From: Salinispira sp.
GTDB lineage: Bacteria; Spirochaetota; Spirochaetia; DSM-27196; Salinispiraceae
DNA: 64,000 nucleotides
Direction of reading: 5' to 3'
NCBI GenBank assembly: GCA_965226555.1
Contig: CBDDDG010000022.1
Span: 192,001 to 256,000, forward strand
Positions 41,349 through 52,509 of the stretch are shown one piece after another (the first letter of the stretch is position 1; each line of letters starts with the position of its first letter). The position numbers were made by a program, and so were the translations under genes. The notes under the pieces were generated by a model. That model ran no database searches, was not told where the DNA came from, and saw only the letters and a program-made list of their open reading frames with translations.

Positions 41349-42389
41349 ATGAATGCTGAAACAAAAAATCCTAAAAAGCTCCCGATTTTTATCCGTAACT
41401 GGCAGGATTATGTTGTTTATTACATTTTCATTGGGGTGTTTCTATTTTTTGCACTACTCCCCTATATCCTTATAGTTATTGCACAACTTTTTCCTGAAAA
41501 TGTCAGGCTTTTAGTTTTAGAGAAAGCGGATGGGCTGCGGGTATTTCCGAGTGCTAAGAATCTTCTCAACATTGGTCGGCAAAGTGCCATGCTCTGTATT
41601 CTTTCGGTCGGTATGACGTTTGTTCTTGCTGCCGAAGAAATAGATCTTTCCTTTGGTTCAATTGTCGCCCTTGCGGCGATCATCACCGCCTTGGTATTGA
41701 GAGCAACCGATAATATTTTCCTGAGTTTTGCCGCCGGCATTGCCTCAGGTACTCTGGTTGGATGCATTAATGGATTGTTTGTATCAAAAGTCGGTATCCC
41801 GTCATTTCTGGTTACTCTCGGAATGAGCGGAATTGTTATTGGTATAGCGCGATGGATAAGTAATTTACAGTCGATTGCAATTAATAATGATTTTTTTGTA
41901 CTCCTTTTCGGTTCCGGCGACATTGGTCCAATACCTATATTGTTTATCTGGGTATTGCTCATTGGCGGAATTGGTCATGTAACCTTAACAAAAACTGCCC
42001 TCGGACGAAAAATTCTGGCTTCAGGCGGTAACCGTGTTTCCGCTCTTTATTCCGGTATTAATGTTCGTCAAATAAAACTTATAGTTCTCACGATTAATGG
42101 CGCCCTCGCAGGTTTAACAGGTATCTTGTATACGGGACGTCTTCACGGTGCCCGCTATACTCTTGGAGAAAATGACCTTCTCATTGTTATTGCCGCAGTC
42201 ATTATCGGCGGTACGAGTATGTTCGGCGGTAAGGGCTCAGTTATCGGATCAATTTTTGGCGTGCTGATAATGGTTATGCTGAACAATGGGCTTATTCTCC
42301 TCGGTCTCTTTGTCGATCAGCAGTTGATCTTCCGCGGGCTTATTATTATTGCTTCTGTTTCCCTGGCCATGCGCCAAAGGAAAAGCTGA
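41349..42389 (+). CDS. Sugar ABC transporter permease (RbsC-like)
   Basis: EIDLSFGS, IPSFLVTLG, IAAVIIGGTS. Confidence 0.94.
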   Translation: MNAETKNPKKLPIFIRNWQDYVVYYIFIGVFLFFALLPYILIVIAQLFPENVRLLVLEKADGLRVFPSAKNLLNIGRQSAMLCILSVGMTFVLAAEEIDLSFGSIVALAAIITALVLRATDNIFLSFAAGIASGTLVGCINGLFVSKVGIPSFLVTLGMSGIVIGIARWISNLQSIAINNDFFVLLFGSGDIGPIPILFIWVLLIGGIGHVTLTKTALGRKILASGGNRVSALYSGINVRQIKLIVLTINGALAGLTGILYTGRLHGARYTLGENDLLIVIAAVIIGGTSMFGGKGSVIGSIFGVLIMVMLNNGLILLGLFVDQQLIFRGLIIIASVSLAMRQRKS

Positions 42390-44018
42390 GTGGATAATAT
42401 TCAGAAAATTATTGATTCAATGAATGTTGACATGAAGGTCGGCCAGCTGTTTCTGCTGGCATATCCTGGAAAAAACCCGGAGAAAATTCAGCCATTGGTT
42501 GATCAGTTTGGTATTGCGGGCTGCTACATTAGTCAGGACAATGCCGAAACTTTCACAGAAGCGCGTGAGGTTTCTGAGCAGCTGCAAAACATGGCTTCAC
42601 AAACTCCGCATGCCCTGCCAATGATACTCGGTATTGATCAGGAAGGCGCGTGGGGTGTTCTGGTGCCGGAATCAACATCCGGGCCGGGAAATCTTGCGCT
42701 TACCGCTAATACCGATAGTTCAATAGCCGAGAAAATGTATCAGGTGATCGGAGAGCACATGCTGTCTGTGGGATATAACACAATCCTTGCTCCCTGCGCT
42801 GATGTAAATAGTGATCCGGATTCTCCGATAATTGACACACGTTCATTTGGAGATGATCCGAAACGGGTTTCAGAATTGCTGCGTTATGCTGTCAGGGGAA
42901 TAAAAAAAACTGGCGCTCTCTCGACGCTCAAACATTTTCCCGGTCATGGAGCTACGGGAGACGATACACATAGAAACATTCCGGAAGTCCATAAAACACT
43001 TTCCGAACTTTTTGAAACTGATCTTGCGCCATTTGCAGCCGGAATTGATGAAGGAGCAGACATAGTAATGACTGCTCACATACGGTATCCACGCATTGAT
43101 TCCGAAAATCCCGCAACACTTTCCCGAATTATTCTTGAAGATATTCTTCGGAAAAAATTGGGCTTCAACGGGGTTATACTTTCAGACAGCATGAACATGG
43201 GAGCTATCCGCCGATTTTATGAGCCGGGGGAATCCACAGTAATGGCGCTGAAGGCTGGTGTAGATATTGTCATGCTTTCAGAAGAGCACTATGATCACGA
43301 TGAAAATTATCTTGAAAAACAGCTCAGATCGCTCCGAAAAGTAAAGGATGCCATACTTCAGGGTTCATTACCTATGAAAGAAGTAGATGCCAAACTCAGA
43401 CGAATCATCAGCATGAAAATGAATAAAATGAAGGCGGCTCCCGTCAGTATGTCCTTATCTGAAAGTGAGGCTGCCGAAATTGAATCTCGGGCAGCTGCGG
43501 GAGCATGTACTGTTATCAGAGACGACTGGAACTTACTGCCGGCCAATTTACGGGAGGGCAGTGTGTGTGTTAATGCCACTCCCCGCGATGCCTATTCATG
43601 TCTCATGAATTCACGAGGCATTGGACCGAATCAGATGCTTCCTGCCTATGATTCATTTCACGATACTCTTGCGAGTCTTTGTCCTGCCATGAAGTTTATG
43701 GAATATGATGAAGCGCAAAAACGATCTGATGAGCTGAACGATGCGCGTATTGTTCTCCTCATTACGGAAAATTACCCACTCCCCGGTGAGGACATGGAAA
43801 AAAAGCGGCAGCAGTCATTTGTCCGAAAATGCCTCGAAAAATATCGGCAGAAAATCATTGTTGTCGGTTTACGAAGCCCCTATGAAATCCGGAAATATCC
43901 GGGAAAAATTACCTACGTTTCGGCCTATTCAAGCAGAACATGCGCTGCAGTAGCGGCAGCCCGATTGCTTGCTTCAATGAAATCATTACGAGGTGTACAT
44001 CATTTACAGTTTTCATAA
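42390..44018 (+). CDS. GH3 beta-N-acetylhexosaminidase-like glycosidase
   Basis: IDQEG, RSFG, KHFPGHG..DDTH, VMTAH, SDSMNMGA. Confidence 0.9.
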   Translation: MDNIQKIIDSMNVDMKVGQLFLLAYPGKNPEKIQPLVDQFGIAGCYISQDNAETFTEAREVSEQLQNMASQTPHALPMILGIDQEGAWGVLVPESTSGPGNLALTANTDSSIAEKMYQVIGEHMLSVGYNTILAPCADVNSDPDSPIIDTRSFGDDPKRVSELLRYAVRGIKKTGALSTLKHFPGHGATGDDTHRNIPEVHKTLSELFETDLAPFAAGIDEGADIVMTAHIRYPRIDSENPATLSRIILEDILRKKLGFNGVILSDSMNMGAIRRFYEPGESTVMALKAGVDIVMLSEEHYDHDENYLEKQLRSLRKVKDAILQGSLPMKEVDAKLRRIISMKMNKMKAAPVSMSLSESEAAEIESRAAAGACTVIRDDWNLLPANLREGSVCVNATPRDAYSCLMNSRGIGPNQMLPAYDSFHDTLASLCPAMKFMEYDEAQKRSDELNDARIVLLITENYPLPGEDMEKKRQQSFVRKCLEKYRQKIIVVGLRSPYEIRKYPGKITYVSAYSSRTCAAVAAARLLASMKSLRGVHHLQFS

Positions 44019-44022
44019 ATAT

Positions 44023-45030
44023 ATGGAACCCGTAATCAAAGTGTGTTTTATATTTCTCTTTATTATACTATTCGTGAATTTCTATCTTCCTGCTCAGACA
44101 GTAAGCACTGAAGTTCCTGAGATCATTGAGGACTACACCGCTGATGCCCCCGCATGGCTTTTACGGCGTTTGGGGAGGATTGCAAGAGAGGAGCGTAAAT
44201 TGACCGACGCATTTATTCTTTTGAACCGTTCACTTGAATCCGATCCGGAAAATCCCGAAACCCTGACCGAACTGGCTCTGAGCTATTTTGCCAGCGGCGA
44301 TCTGCATCAGTCCCGCGCATATCTTAATAGAGCTCTTGAAAATCGTTCGCGACTCAGCAGCCCGGATATGGAGTATTATATACTTTATCAGTTTGCTGAA
44401 ATATATTCACAAAGTGATACCTATGATCGGGAATATGAAAACATCCTCCGTGATCTAATCAATGCCGATGAGCAATTTTCTTCAACTGACATTACCGATG
44501 TCAGTCTTCGGAAAAACATTCGCGCAATCCTGAACCAACCTGCGCCTTCAGGGATGAGCAGCTTGGATCAGACAATTGTTCTCTATCGAATAGCAGATTC
44601 CTTCAGCTTGGAAGCACATCTGCGGCTCGGACGGTTTTACGTACACTCTGGACGATATGATGAAGCACAGCAGCATCTCATTTTTGCAGTTTTGAAAATG
44701 TACACAAAACTTATCAGTTCACTGCGTGATATAAACATTCTCTATTCCTTTACCGATAGCGAAGATCTCTTTAACAGGATCAGGAACAATGAGACATTTC
44801 TTTCATATGTAAAAACAGCCGGTTTTGATGAAGCATTATACTATCTTGGATCTGCGAGTTATGGATTTAACCCTAACCGCCAGTACGTATATCGCGGAAT
44901 ATGGCAGACTCTGCAATACCTTCCGTATCAATCCGCATATATTTCTCGTGCGTCACTTCAGCTCAGGGATCCGCAAAAAGAGGACATTCTTTACGGGAGT
45001 GAGCAGTTCAGGGAATCGGTTAATGAATAA
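44023..45030 (+). CDS. TPR-containing exported protein
   Basis: Signal-like N-terminus, TPR-like helices ([12 protein letters not shown]). Confidence 0.7.
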   Translation: MEPVIKVCFIFLFIILFVNFYLPAQTVSTEVPEIIEDYTADAPAWLLRRLGRIAREERKLTDAFILLNRSLESDPENPETLTELALSYFASGDLHQSRAYLNRALENRSRLSSPDMEYYILYQFAEIYSQSDTYDREYENILRDLINADEQFSSTDITDVSLRKNIRAILNQPAPSGMSSLDQTIVLYRIADSFSLEAHLRLGRFYVHSGRYDEAQQHLIFAVLKMYTKLISSLRDINILYSFTDSEDLFNRIRNNETFLSYVKTAGFDEALYYLGSASYGFNPNRQYVYRGIWQTLQYLPYQSAYISRASLQLRDPQKEDILYGSEQFRESVNE

Positions 45031-47890
45031 GCTTATTATAAAGGGTGCCCGCGTGCACAATTTAAAGAATGTTGATCTCGAACTTCCCCGTGATACACTC
45101 ATTGTCATTTCCGGACTCAGTGGAAGCGGAAAATCAAGTCTGGCTTTTGACACAATATTTGCAGAAGGCCAGAGACGCTATGTGGAATCTCTTTCTGCTT
45201 ATGCCCGTCAATTTCTCGCCAGAATGGATAAGCCGGATGTGGATTATATTGAAGGGCTTTCTCCGGCGATATCAATTGAACAAAAAACAACCAATCGAAA
45301 TCCGCGTTCGACTGTGGGAACTATTACCGAGATATACGATTACCTCCGACTGCTTTATGCTCGGATCGGTATACCCCATGATCCAATAACAGGTGTTGTT
45401 ATTGAAAAGCAGAGCGTTGATCAAATTATTGAACGTGTTCTTCAACAGCCTGATGATGCCCGATTGATGATCATGGCTCCTGTAGTCCGCGGACGGAAGG
45501 GAGAACATAAAAAAATTCTTGAAGACGCAAAAAGGGCAGGTTTCGCGCGCTGCCGCATTGATGGCGAGATAATGCTGCTGGAAGATACCATTGCGCTCCG
45601 TAAAAACATGAAGCACGATATTGATATCATTATTGACCGTCTCATTAATAAAGAAAAAAACAGGAGCCGTATTGCCGAGGCAGTTGAGCAGGGGCTTGAG
45701 CTGGCTTCAGGCCTTGTCAAAGTATATATCAGGAAGGATAAGGAAGAAACCGAGATTTCCTTCAGTGAACACTATTTCTATCCCGATAGCACAGTGAGTT
45801 TTCCTGAACTCGAACCGCGCCTTTTTTCCTTTAACAATCCCCTTGGCGCCTGCTCTGCTTGTTCCGGTCTCGGTACAACGCTGGAATTTAATCCAAAGAA
45901 AATAGTTCCCGATGACACACTCTCTTTTAATGAACGGGCTTTTCCCGCGTACAATCCTGATGCCGCCTGGAGTAGAAGCAGGTTTGAGGGACTCGCCAAT
46001 TATTATTCATTTAGTCTGGATACTCCATTCAGGGACTTACCGGAGCATATACGGAATGTTATTTTTTACGGTGGAAAGGATGAAATTGAATTTGAATATG
46101 TTAACAAGAGCAATACAGGACGTTTTCAGTTTCGGAGGATGTTTCCGGGTGTTGTGAATGACCTTGCGCGGCGTTACCGTGAAACGAATTCATCGGGCAT
46201 AAAACAGTGGTTGGAGGGGTTCATGACCATGAGTTCCTGCCCCAAATGTAAGGGCAGACGCCTGCGGCCGGAGGCTCTGGCAGTTCGGATTGGAGATGTG
46301 GGCATTTTTGAAATTTGTGAAATGTCCATACGCGATGCATTGAAATTCTTCAGGAACATCAAACTTACCGGAGCCCGAAAGGAAATTGCCAGACAAATTC
46401 TCAAGGAGGTAATTGACAGACTTTATTTTATGGAATCTGTTGGTCTTGATTATCTCACTCTGAATAGAAATGCGGGAACACTGAGCGGAGGTGAGGCCCA
46501 ACGCATTCGACTGGCAACACAGATCGGCAGTCAGCTTATGGGGGTTCTCTATGTACTTGACGAACCCAGCATTGGTCTGCATCAGCGGGATAATGAACGG
46601 CTTATAAAGACACTCCTGCATCTTCGGGACATTGGCAATACATTAATTGTTGTGGAGCACGATGAGCAGACCCTGCGTTCTGCCGATTATATTGTTGATC
46701 TTGGAATAGGCGCCGGAGTTCATGGCGGGAATGTCGTTGCAGCCGGATCAATTGATGAAATTATTGAATCGGATGATAGTCTCACGGGTCAGTATCTTCG
46801 GGGTGATATTTTTCTTGAGCCGCGGTCTGAACGCCGCCCGGGAAAGAACGAATGGATTGAAATAGTCGGGGCAGGGGAGCATAATCTTCAAAACATTAGT
46901 GTGCGCTTTCCTCATGGCGCCCTTTCGGTTATTACCGGAGTTTCGGGTTCAGGAAAGAGCACGCTCATGTCTCATATACTCTATCCGCGAATTGCCAATT
47001 TTCTTAACAGAACAGATCACTTTGAGGGCGCGGCAGACGATGTCCGCGGAATTGATTCCCTCGACAAGATCATAAACATTGATCAAAGTCCGATCGGACG
47101 CACTCCCCGTTCAAATCCGGCAACCTATGTTGGTCTTTTTACACCAATCCGTGAACTATTCGCTCAAATTCCCGAAGCGCGGGCGCGGGGATATAAACCG
47201 GGACGTTTCAGTTTTAATGTAAAGGGAGGACGCTGCGAAAATTGTGAGGGCGCTGGCACCATACAAATTGAAATGCACTTTCTTCCCGATGTTTTCGTTG
47301 TGTGCGATGTGTGCGGAGGTAAGCGCTTTAATCGGGAAACTCTTGAAATTCAGTATAAGGGTGTAAATATCCACAATGTCCTTGACATGACCATTGAAGA
47401 AGCCGAACAGTTTTTTGCATCAATTCCCATTATTTATCGGAAACTTGAAACATTATTATCAGTTGGTCTGGGATACATAAAACTGGGACAATCGGCGCTT
47501 ACTCTTTCAGGCGGTGAGGCTCAGAGAGTGAAACTTTCGCTCGAACTTTCGAAGAAAAGTACCGGTAAAACTCTCTACATCCTCGATGAACCGACAACCG
47601 GACTCCATTTTGCCGATGTAAAACTTCTCATGACAGTTATCCAGCGTCTGGTTGATAAGGGAAATACCATTATTCTTATTGAGCATAATCTGGATGTTAT
47701 TGCCCAAGCCGATTGGCTTGTCGATCTCGGACCTGAAGGAGGCGATAGGGGAGGACAGCTTGTTGCCATGGGTACTCCAGAGCAGGTCATGGATGTTGAA
47801 GCATCGTATACCGGATGTTTCCTCGCAGCCTATGTTCAAAATCATCCTGCTCTGCGTATGAAGCAAAGAGCCGGTTCTCCCGTATCATAA
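45023..47890 (+). CDS. uvrA: Excinuclease ABC subunit A
   Basis: [18 protein letters not shown], two LSGGEAQR, zinc fingers. Confidence 0.99.
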   Translation: MNKLIIKGARVHNLKNVDLELPRDTLIVISGLSGSGKSSLAFDTIFAEGQRRYVESLSAYARQFLARMDKPDVDYIEGLSPAISIEQKTTNRNPRSTVGTITEIYDYLRLLYARIGIPHDPITGVVIEKQSVDQIIERVLQQPDDARLMIMAPVVRGRKGEHKKILEDAKRAGFARCRIDGEIMLLEDTIALRKNMKHDIDIIIDRLINKEKNRSRIAEAVEQGLELASGLVKVYIRKDKEETEISFSEHYFYPDSTVSFPELEPRLFSFNNPLGACSACSGLGTTLEFNPKKIVPDDTLSFNERAFPAYNPDAAWSRSRFEGLANYYSFSLDTPFRDLPEHIRNVIFYGGKDEIEFEYVNKSNTGRFQFRRMFPGVVNDLARRYRETNSSGIKQWLEGFMTMSSCPKCKGRRLRPEALAVRIGDVGIFEICEMSIRDALKFFRNIKLTGARKEIARQILKEVIDRLYFMESVGLDYLTLNRNAGTLSGGEAQRIRLATQIGSQLMGVLYVLDEPSIGLHQRDNERLIKTLLHLRDIGNTLIVVEHDEQTLRSADYIVDLGIGAGVHGGNVVAAGSIDEIIESDDSLTGQYLRGDIFLEPRSERRPGKNEWIEIVGAGEHNLQNISVRFPHGALSVITGVSGSGKSTLMSHILYPRIANFLNRTDHFEGAADDVRGIDSLDKIINIDQSPIGRTPRSNPATYVGLFTPIRELFAQIPEARARGYKPGRFSFNVKGGRCENCEGAGTIQIEMHFLPDVFVVCDVCGGKRFNRETLEIQYKGVNIHNVLDMTIEEAEQFFASIPIIYRKLETLLSVGLGYIKLGQSALTLSGGEAQRVKLSLELSKKSTGKTLYILDEPTTGLHFADVKLLMTVIQRLVDKGNTIILIEHNLDVIAQADWLVDLGPEGGDRGGQLVAMGTPEQVMDVEASYTGCFLAAYVQNHPALRMKQRAGSPVS

Positions 47891-47892
47891 GA

Positions 47893-50800
47893 ATGCTCCT
47901 GTTCCGCAGACAATACATTTTTATTATTGCTCTTCTTGTTTTTTCATTGTTTTTTCTGGGAAGTCAGGAAGATGATATGATCTACGAAGAACTGGTTGAA
48001 ATGGCTCGCCAATTTGGTCTTGAAGCAACAGGAAATCGTCTGATACTTCAGGAACGCCTGCGTGATCTTCTCGATAACCCAATTCAGGCGCGGGAATCGC
48101 TTCCGGCTGCAGATAATGCCCTTGCCCGAGTTAGTCAGTCGGATGCAGGGTCATATGTACAGGGAAAAGAGGGCGATGAGCTGGAACTTCAGGGGAATGT
48201 TATAGTCATCGTCAATAGTGAAGAATATCAGACAACACATACCATTTCAGCAGACCTCATTCGGTATAATGAGACACTCCGGCAACTATCCGCGGAGGGA
48301 AATGTTAGTTATCTTATGGAAGGCGAATCGAGAAATGATCGGTTTTTTGGTAACCAGCTGCTTTTTCTTCTGGATGAAAACGAAACCTTGTTTCTTGAGG
48401 GAAGCGGAGAAAATGAATCTTCCCAGGAAAGTGTTGCCATTGACATTGCCCGGGAATTACAGGCAGATACATCAGATACCCTGGGGGTGGAATTTTCGTA
48501 CCGAAGTGAATTTATTTCCCGGAATCAGGATAATGTCATTGTAATGGATAAGGGGTTTATTTCCTCGCCTCGAACAGAATCGCCGAACTACCGGCTATCG
48601 TTTGAAAAAATCTGGATTCTTTCGCCGGGAGAATGGGGTATTGAAGGAGCTGGTTTGTATGTCGGAAACATTCCCCTTTTCGCTCTTCCATTTCTTTATT
48701 TGCCGGGAAACGAAATTATCTTTCATCCTGCCTTTGTTTTTGACGATATCAGGGGCGACGGTCTTAATACAACAACCTATTTCTTTGGAGAGAAAGAAAA
48801 GGAAGATAATCCCTTTCTCTTTTTTCAACTAACCGATAATCAGAATGTTGAAAGTTACTCTCCAATGGGGATTTTCCTCCAACCGGATAACAATTATGAA
48901 GAAGATAACAGCGAGGAAGAGGTTTTTGAATATCTTAAATTGTATGCGGATATTTACAGTCTCCGAGGGTTTAGTATTGGGCTGGGTTTTGATCTTGTTC
49001 CGGTGGATGTCTTTGATGCGGATGGGCTCATCCTCTTCTCCCTGACCCGGGAAATGTACGCCGGTAATAACGGGCAGGATAACACGTCCCTGTATAATTC
49101 CCCTGAAGGGGAATTAATATCTGTGTGGCATGAATCGCGTTTTGCCGGAATTACCATACCGTTTCGGTTTATTGTTGATCTTCAACTTTCACTTTCCTTC
49201 CCCGAACTCAGTTTTTCACTGACACTTCCGATATATTCGGATCCCTTTATCAGCGGCGAATTTAATGAGCGCGCTGAAGATATTCCCTGGGATGCAATCT
49301 TACTCGGCGGTGTGAGCGGCGCGCAGAGCCTGTCGTTTCCATCAACATCGATGAATTGGGGCTTATCGGCTTCCCTTACACCGACCATGCCGGAGTTTCT
49401 CCGCCCCCTGTTTAATTCTTTCTCAATTCGGGATTTGAAAACGCAGTTTTCCTGGAATACCGCAACAGCAGGCGATCTTCCAGTTGAGAATAGTTCGGCC
49501 ATAAACAGTCCAGAACGGCAGTACTTTGTCCCACAGCAACTGCGCCTGCCATCGGGCACCGTAGCGCTTTCCGGTACAATTCTCCAGTTTCCCGCGAAGA
49601 ATACTTCGTCGGCTACAGCATCTGAAGAGGAGAATGAAATGCCTGAATATTTTGAACAATTTTACGTGCCGGAAAAGCGAATAGATGACGATAGGGCTTC
49701 ATCCATAGACGATGACTATTCGGGTGCTGCGCAAAACAATGAATTTATTCGCCCGGCAGCTCTCAATACGCCAGCCTTCACGAAAGATGATGATCTGGGC
49801 TATAAACTTTCATACTCTCTCTCCAATAAGCATTTTCTTGTAATGTTCTTTGAGAATTTTACTGAAGATACCTATTCAATTTCGCATAGCAATTTCCAGG
49901 ATGACATTAATATCTCACTTTCTCAGAACCTCAAGCTTGTACAATCTCTTTTCAATATGCAAACAGGGCTTACCTATCGAGGCGTTTTCAGGGAATCCTT
50001 TGGATTTTCCGATATGCTTACCGATTCCATACGCGACGATTTAATACGGCAATCGGAGATGCAGAACTCGCAGCGCCTGAATCTGAGCAATACCACAACA
50101 GTAAATCCTCTGGCGCTTGTGTATACTGATCTGGGTTTTTTACTTACCCACAGCCTAGATCTGAAGCTCTGGAGTTGGTCTGATACCGGCGGTGGAAATT
50201 TTGTCGACGATACATTTATGTGGGATGCCGACCATGTAAATCAACATCAATTACAGAGCAGTGTTTCCTTTTCATTGTTTGAAATTATCGGACAGGAAAT
50301 GTCGTTCCGCTATGTTCTTCCGCCTCTGAACGAGGTTCTCGATATTTCATATGCGCTTACCAGTAATCCTTTCCGAACATCACTGAAACTCACAATGCGG
50401 CAGGAAACCACTGAAGATTCTCTCAGCGCCCATGATCTTCTCTGGAATAATAAATTATCTCTCATGGATGATCTGAATCTCGGAGCTGATTTTCGCTGGG
50501 CCTTTGACCCGGATATTGTTCCGGAAGAATATAAGTTTTCTCTTAAGGCCTTTTGGTACGATGCCTCAGTAGCATTTAAAAACAGAAATATTCTCACCCT
50601 GAACAGTACACAAACTGCCTGGCTGCAGCAGAGTTCTCAGGAATTTCGTCTCTCGAATATGCAGCATAATCTTAAAATACCATTTAAACTGCCTGAAAAT
50701 AATTCGGTACGGTTCAGCGGTTCGGTAAATACAGGCTGGAAGCATGATTTTGTTGAATTTACCTCATCAAGTTTGAGTTTCAAAACATCATTGGATATTC

Positions 50801-51192
50801 TGTTCCCCAATTTTCTTGCGCTGCGCCTCTCCGTCAATAGTGTAAATAATGCCATCTATCAGTATTTTCCAGATTATACCCGGCAAATTGGAATTCCCAC
50901 CCGTAATTTATTTGAGGATTTACTGAGTAGTTTCAATTTTTTCGATATTTCGGAACGCCGAAAAAGTAACTTTAAACTTCAGTCAATTTCTTTGCAGCTT
51001 TTTCATGATCTCGGAGATTGGATGCTGAAGATGGAATATAATTGGCTGCCAAAAATTGTAACGACCGATGGAATACGGCAATATGAAATTGAAAATAAAT
51101 TCAAATTTTTTCTTCAGTGGCTGCCGATTTCCGAAATCAAAAATGAAATTGATATTGATATTATTGAAGATAAATGGGTTGTTGATTATTGA
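47893..51192 (+). CDS. LptD-like outer-membrane assembly protein (spirochaete type)
   Basis: Signal peptide, OstA-like N-region, YVGNIPLFALPF, beta-strand-rich C-terminus. Confidence 0.65.
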   Translation: MLLFRRQYIFIIALLVFSLFFLGSQEDDMIYEELVEMARQFGLEATGNRLILQERLRDLLDNPIQARESLPAADNALARVSQSDAGSYVQGKEGDELELQGNVIVIVNSEEYQTTHTISADLIRYNETLRQLSAEGNVSYLMEGESRNDRFFGNQLLFLLDENETLFLEGSGENESSQESVAIDIARELQADTSDTLGVEFSYRSEFISRNQDNVIVMDKGFISSPRTESPNYRLSFEKIWILSPGEWGIEGAGLYVGNIPLFALPFLYLPGNEIIFHPAFVFDDIRGDGLNTTTYFFGEKEKEDNPFLFFQLTDNQNVESYSPMGIFLQPDNNYEEDNSEEEVFEYLKLYADIYSLRGFSIGLGFDLVPVDVFDADGLILFSLTREMYAGNNGQDNTSLYNSPEGELISVWHESRFAGITIPFRFIVDLQLSLSFPELSFSLTLPIYSDPFISGEFNERAEDIPWDAILLGGVSGAQSLSFPSTSMNWGLSASLTPTMPEFLRPLFNSFSIRDLKTQFSWNTATAGDLPVENSSAINSPERQYFVPQQLRLPSGTVALSGTILQFPAKNTSSATASEEENEMPEYFEQFYVPEKRIDDDRASSIDDDYSGAAQNNEFIRPAALNTPAFTKDDDLGYKLSYSLSNKHFLVMFFENFTEDTYSISHSNFQDDINISLSQNLKLVQSLFNMQTGLTYRGVFRESFGFSDMLTDSIRDDLIRQSEMQNSQRLNLSNTTTVNPLALVYTDLGFLLTHSLDLKLWSWSDTGGGNFVDDTFMWDADHVNQHQLQSSVSFSLFEIIGQEMSFRYVLPPLNEVLDISYALTSNPFRTSLKLTMRQETTEDSLSAHDLLWNNKLSLMDDLNLGADFRWAFDPDIVPEEYKFSLKAFWYDASVAFKNRNILTLNSTQTAWLQQSSQEFRLSNMQHNLKIPFKLPENNSVRFSGSVNTGWKHDFVEFTSSSLSFKTSLDILFPNFLALRLSVNSVNNAIYQYFPDYTRQIGIPTRNLFEDLLSSFNFFDISERRKSNFKLQSISLQLFHDLGDWMLKMEYNWLPKIVTTDGIRQYEIENKFKFFLQWLPISEIKNEIDIDIIEDKWVVDY

Positions 51193-51227
51193 CCACCTTC
51201 CTATTTGAAAGTAGACTAATGGTATTA

Positions 51228-51728
51228 ATGGCTGATCAATTATCAGTGGCACAGAGCGAAGATACTCCTGCCTCATTTCACACTGTGGAATTATTCTGTA
51301 TTAATATTATGCCCCCCGCATGGCTTGAAAATGTTATTCCCTTTGTCGTAAAAGTTCTTGAATACCAGAAGTATCGCCGCTGGACTCTTTCAGTTGTTTT
51401 CTGTGACGATACATACATACAAAATCTGAATATGCGCTATCGGCATCAGAATTACCCGACCGATGTTCTTAGTTTCCCCCAAATTAGTACTCCCGCAGAA
51501 CTTCCTGCGGATCATTTTGATGCCGGCGATGTTATAATTTCCCTGGAAATGTTATCGGAAAATGCCCGGTATTTTCACGTTGAAGAAGAGGAGGAATTAA
51601 AGCGCCTTCTTATTCATGGTATTCTGCACCTTGGCGGTTGGGATCATGCAGATAATAATCCTGGACAGATCATGCTTAAAATGCAGGAGGAGATTCTGCG
51701 CACCCTTTTGGAGGAGAAGATATATTGA
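51228..51728 (+). CDS. ybeY: rRNA maturation RNase YbeY
   Basis: PTDVLSFP, GDVIIS, HGILHLGGWDH. Confidence 0.95.
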   Translation: MADQLSVAQSEDTPASFHTVELFCINIMPPAWLENVIPFVVKVLEYQKYRRWTLSVVFCDDTYIQNLNMRYRHQNYPTDVLSFPQISTPAELPADHFDAGDVIISLEMLSENARYFHVEEEEELKRLLIHGILHLGGWDHADNNPGQIMLKMQEEILRTLLEEKIY

Positions 51729-51729
51729 T

Positions 51730-52509
51730 ATGAAGAACTTTTTTTCTCAATTATTTCGTTCAAACAATAAGGACCCAGCCTTTCATTCTCTTAATATTGA
51801 TGAACGGGATATGATTAAAGGCGTTTTCGAACTATCGGATACAAATGTCAAAGAAATTATGGTTCCCCGTATTGATGTTGTGAGTCTTTCGACAGATACA
51901 GACGAAGAATCTCTTATCCGTAAGGTTATTGAATCAGGCCATTCCCGATTTCCCATATATCAGGAAACCATCGACAATGTCATCGGTATCGTATATGTAA
52001 AAGACATTACGGCACGGCTTATCCGTAAGCAATCTGCCGGTATTAAGGAAATCAGCCGCAACGCGTATTTTGTTCCCGAAAGCATGAAACTGAATGTTCT
52101 GCTTAAGGAAATGAAGCGGCGGCGTGTACACATTGCGGTGGTTGTTGATGAATACGGTGGAATGAGCGGAATTGTCTGTATGGAAGATATTCTCGAGGAA
52201 ATAATTGGCGATATTCAGGATGAATTTGATAATGAAACTGAGGACATCATTAAGATCGGAGAGGGTGTTTATCTCTGCGATGCGAGAGTTAGTGTCAGCG
52301 ATCTGAATGAGCAGATCAATGTGACCCTCCCTGAAGATGATTTTGATACCCTCGGCGGATATGTATTTGATCTTTTTGGGAAAATACCGGTGAAATTTGA
52401 GAAGGTTGAAAAGGATTCATACATTTTTATTATTCAGGAGATGGACGGTCATAAAATTCGAAGCATCAAATTGCTGATCTCCCGGGAAGGAAATGATGCC
52501 AAAGAATAG
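51730..52509 (+). CDS. HlyC/CorC family CBS-domain protein
   Basis: EIMVPR, GHSRFP, VVDEYGG, EDILEEIIG, DTLGG. Confidence 0.92.
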   Translation: MKNFFSQLFRSNNKDPAFHSLNIDERDMIKGVFELSDTNVKEIMVPRIDVVSLSTDTDEESLIRKVIESGHSRFPIYQETIDNVIGIVYVKDITARLIRKQSAGIKEISRNAYFVPESMKLNVLLKEMKRRRVHIAVVVDEYGGMSGIVCMEDILEEIIGDIQDEFDNETEDIIKIGEGVYLCDARVSVSDLNEQINVTLPEDDFDTLGGYVFDLFGKIPVKFEKVEKDSYIFIIQEMDGHKIRSIKLLISREGNDAKE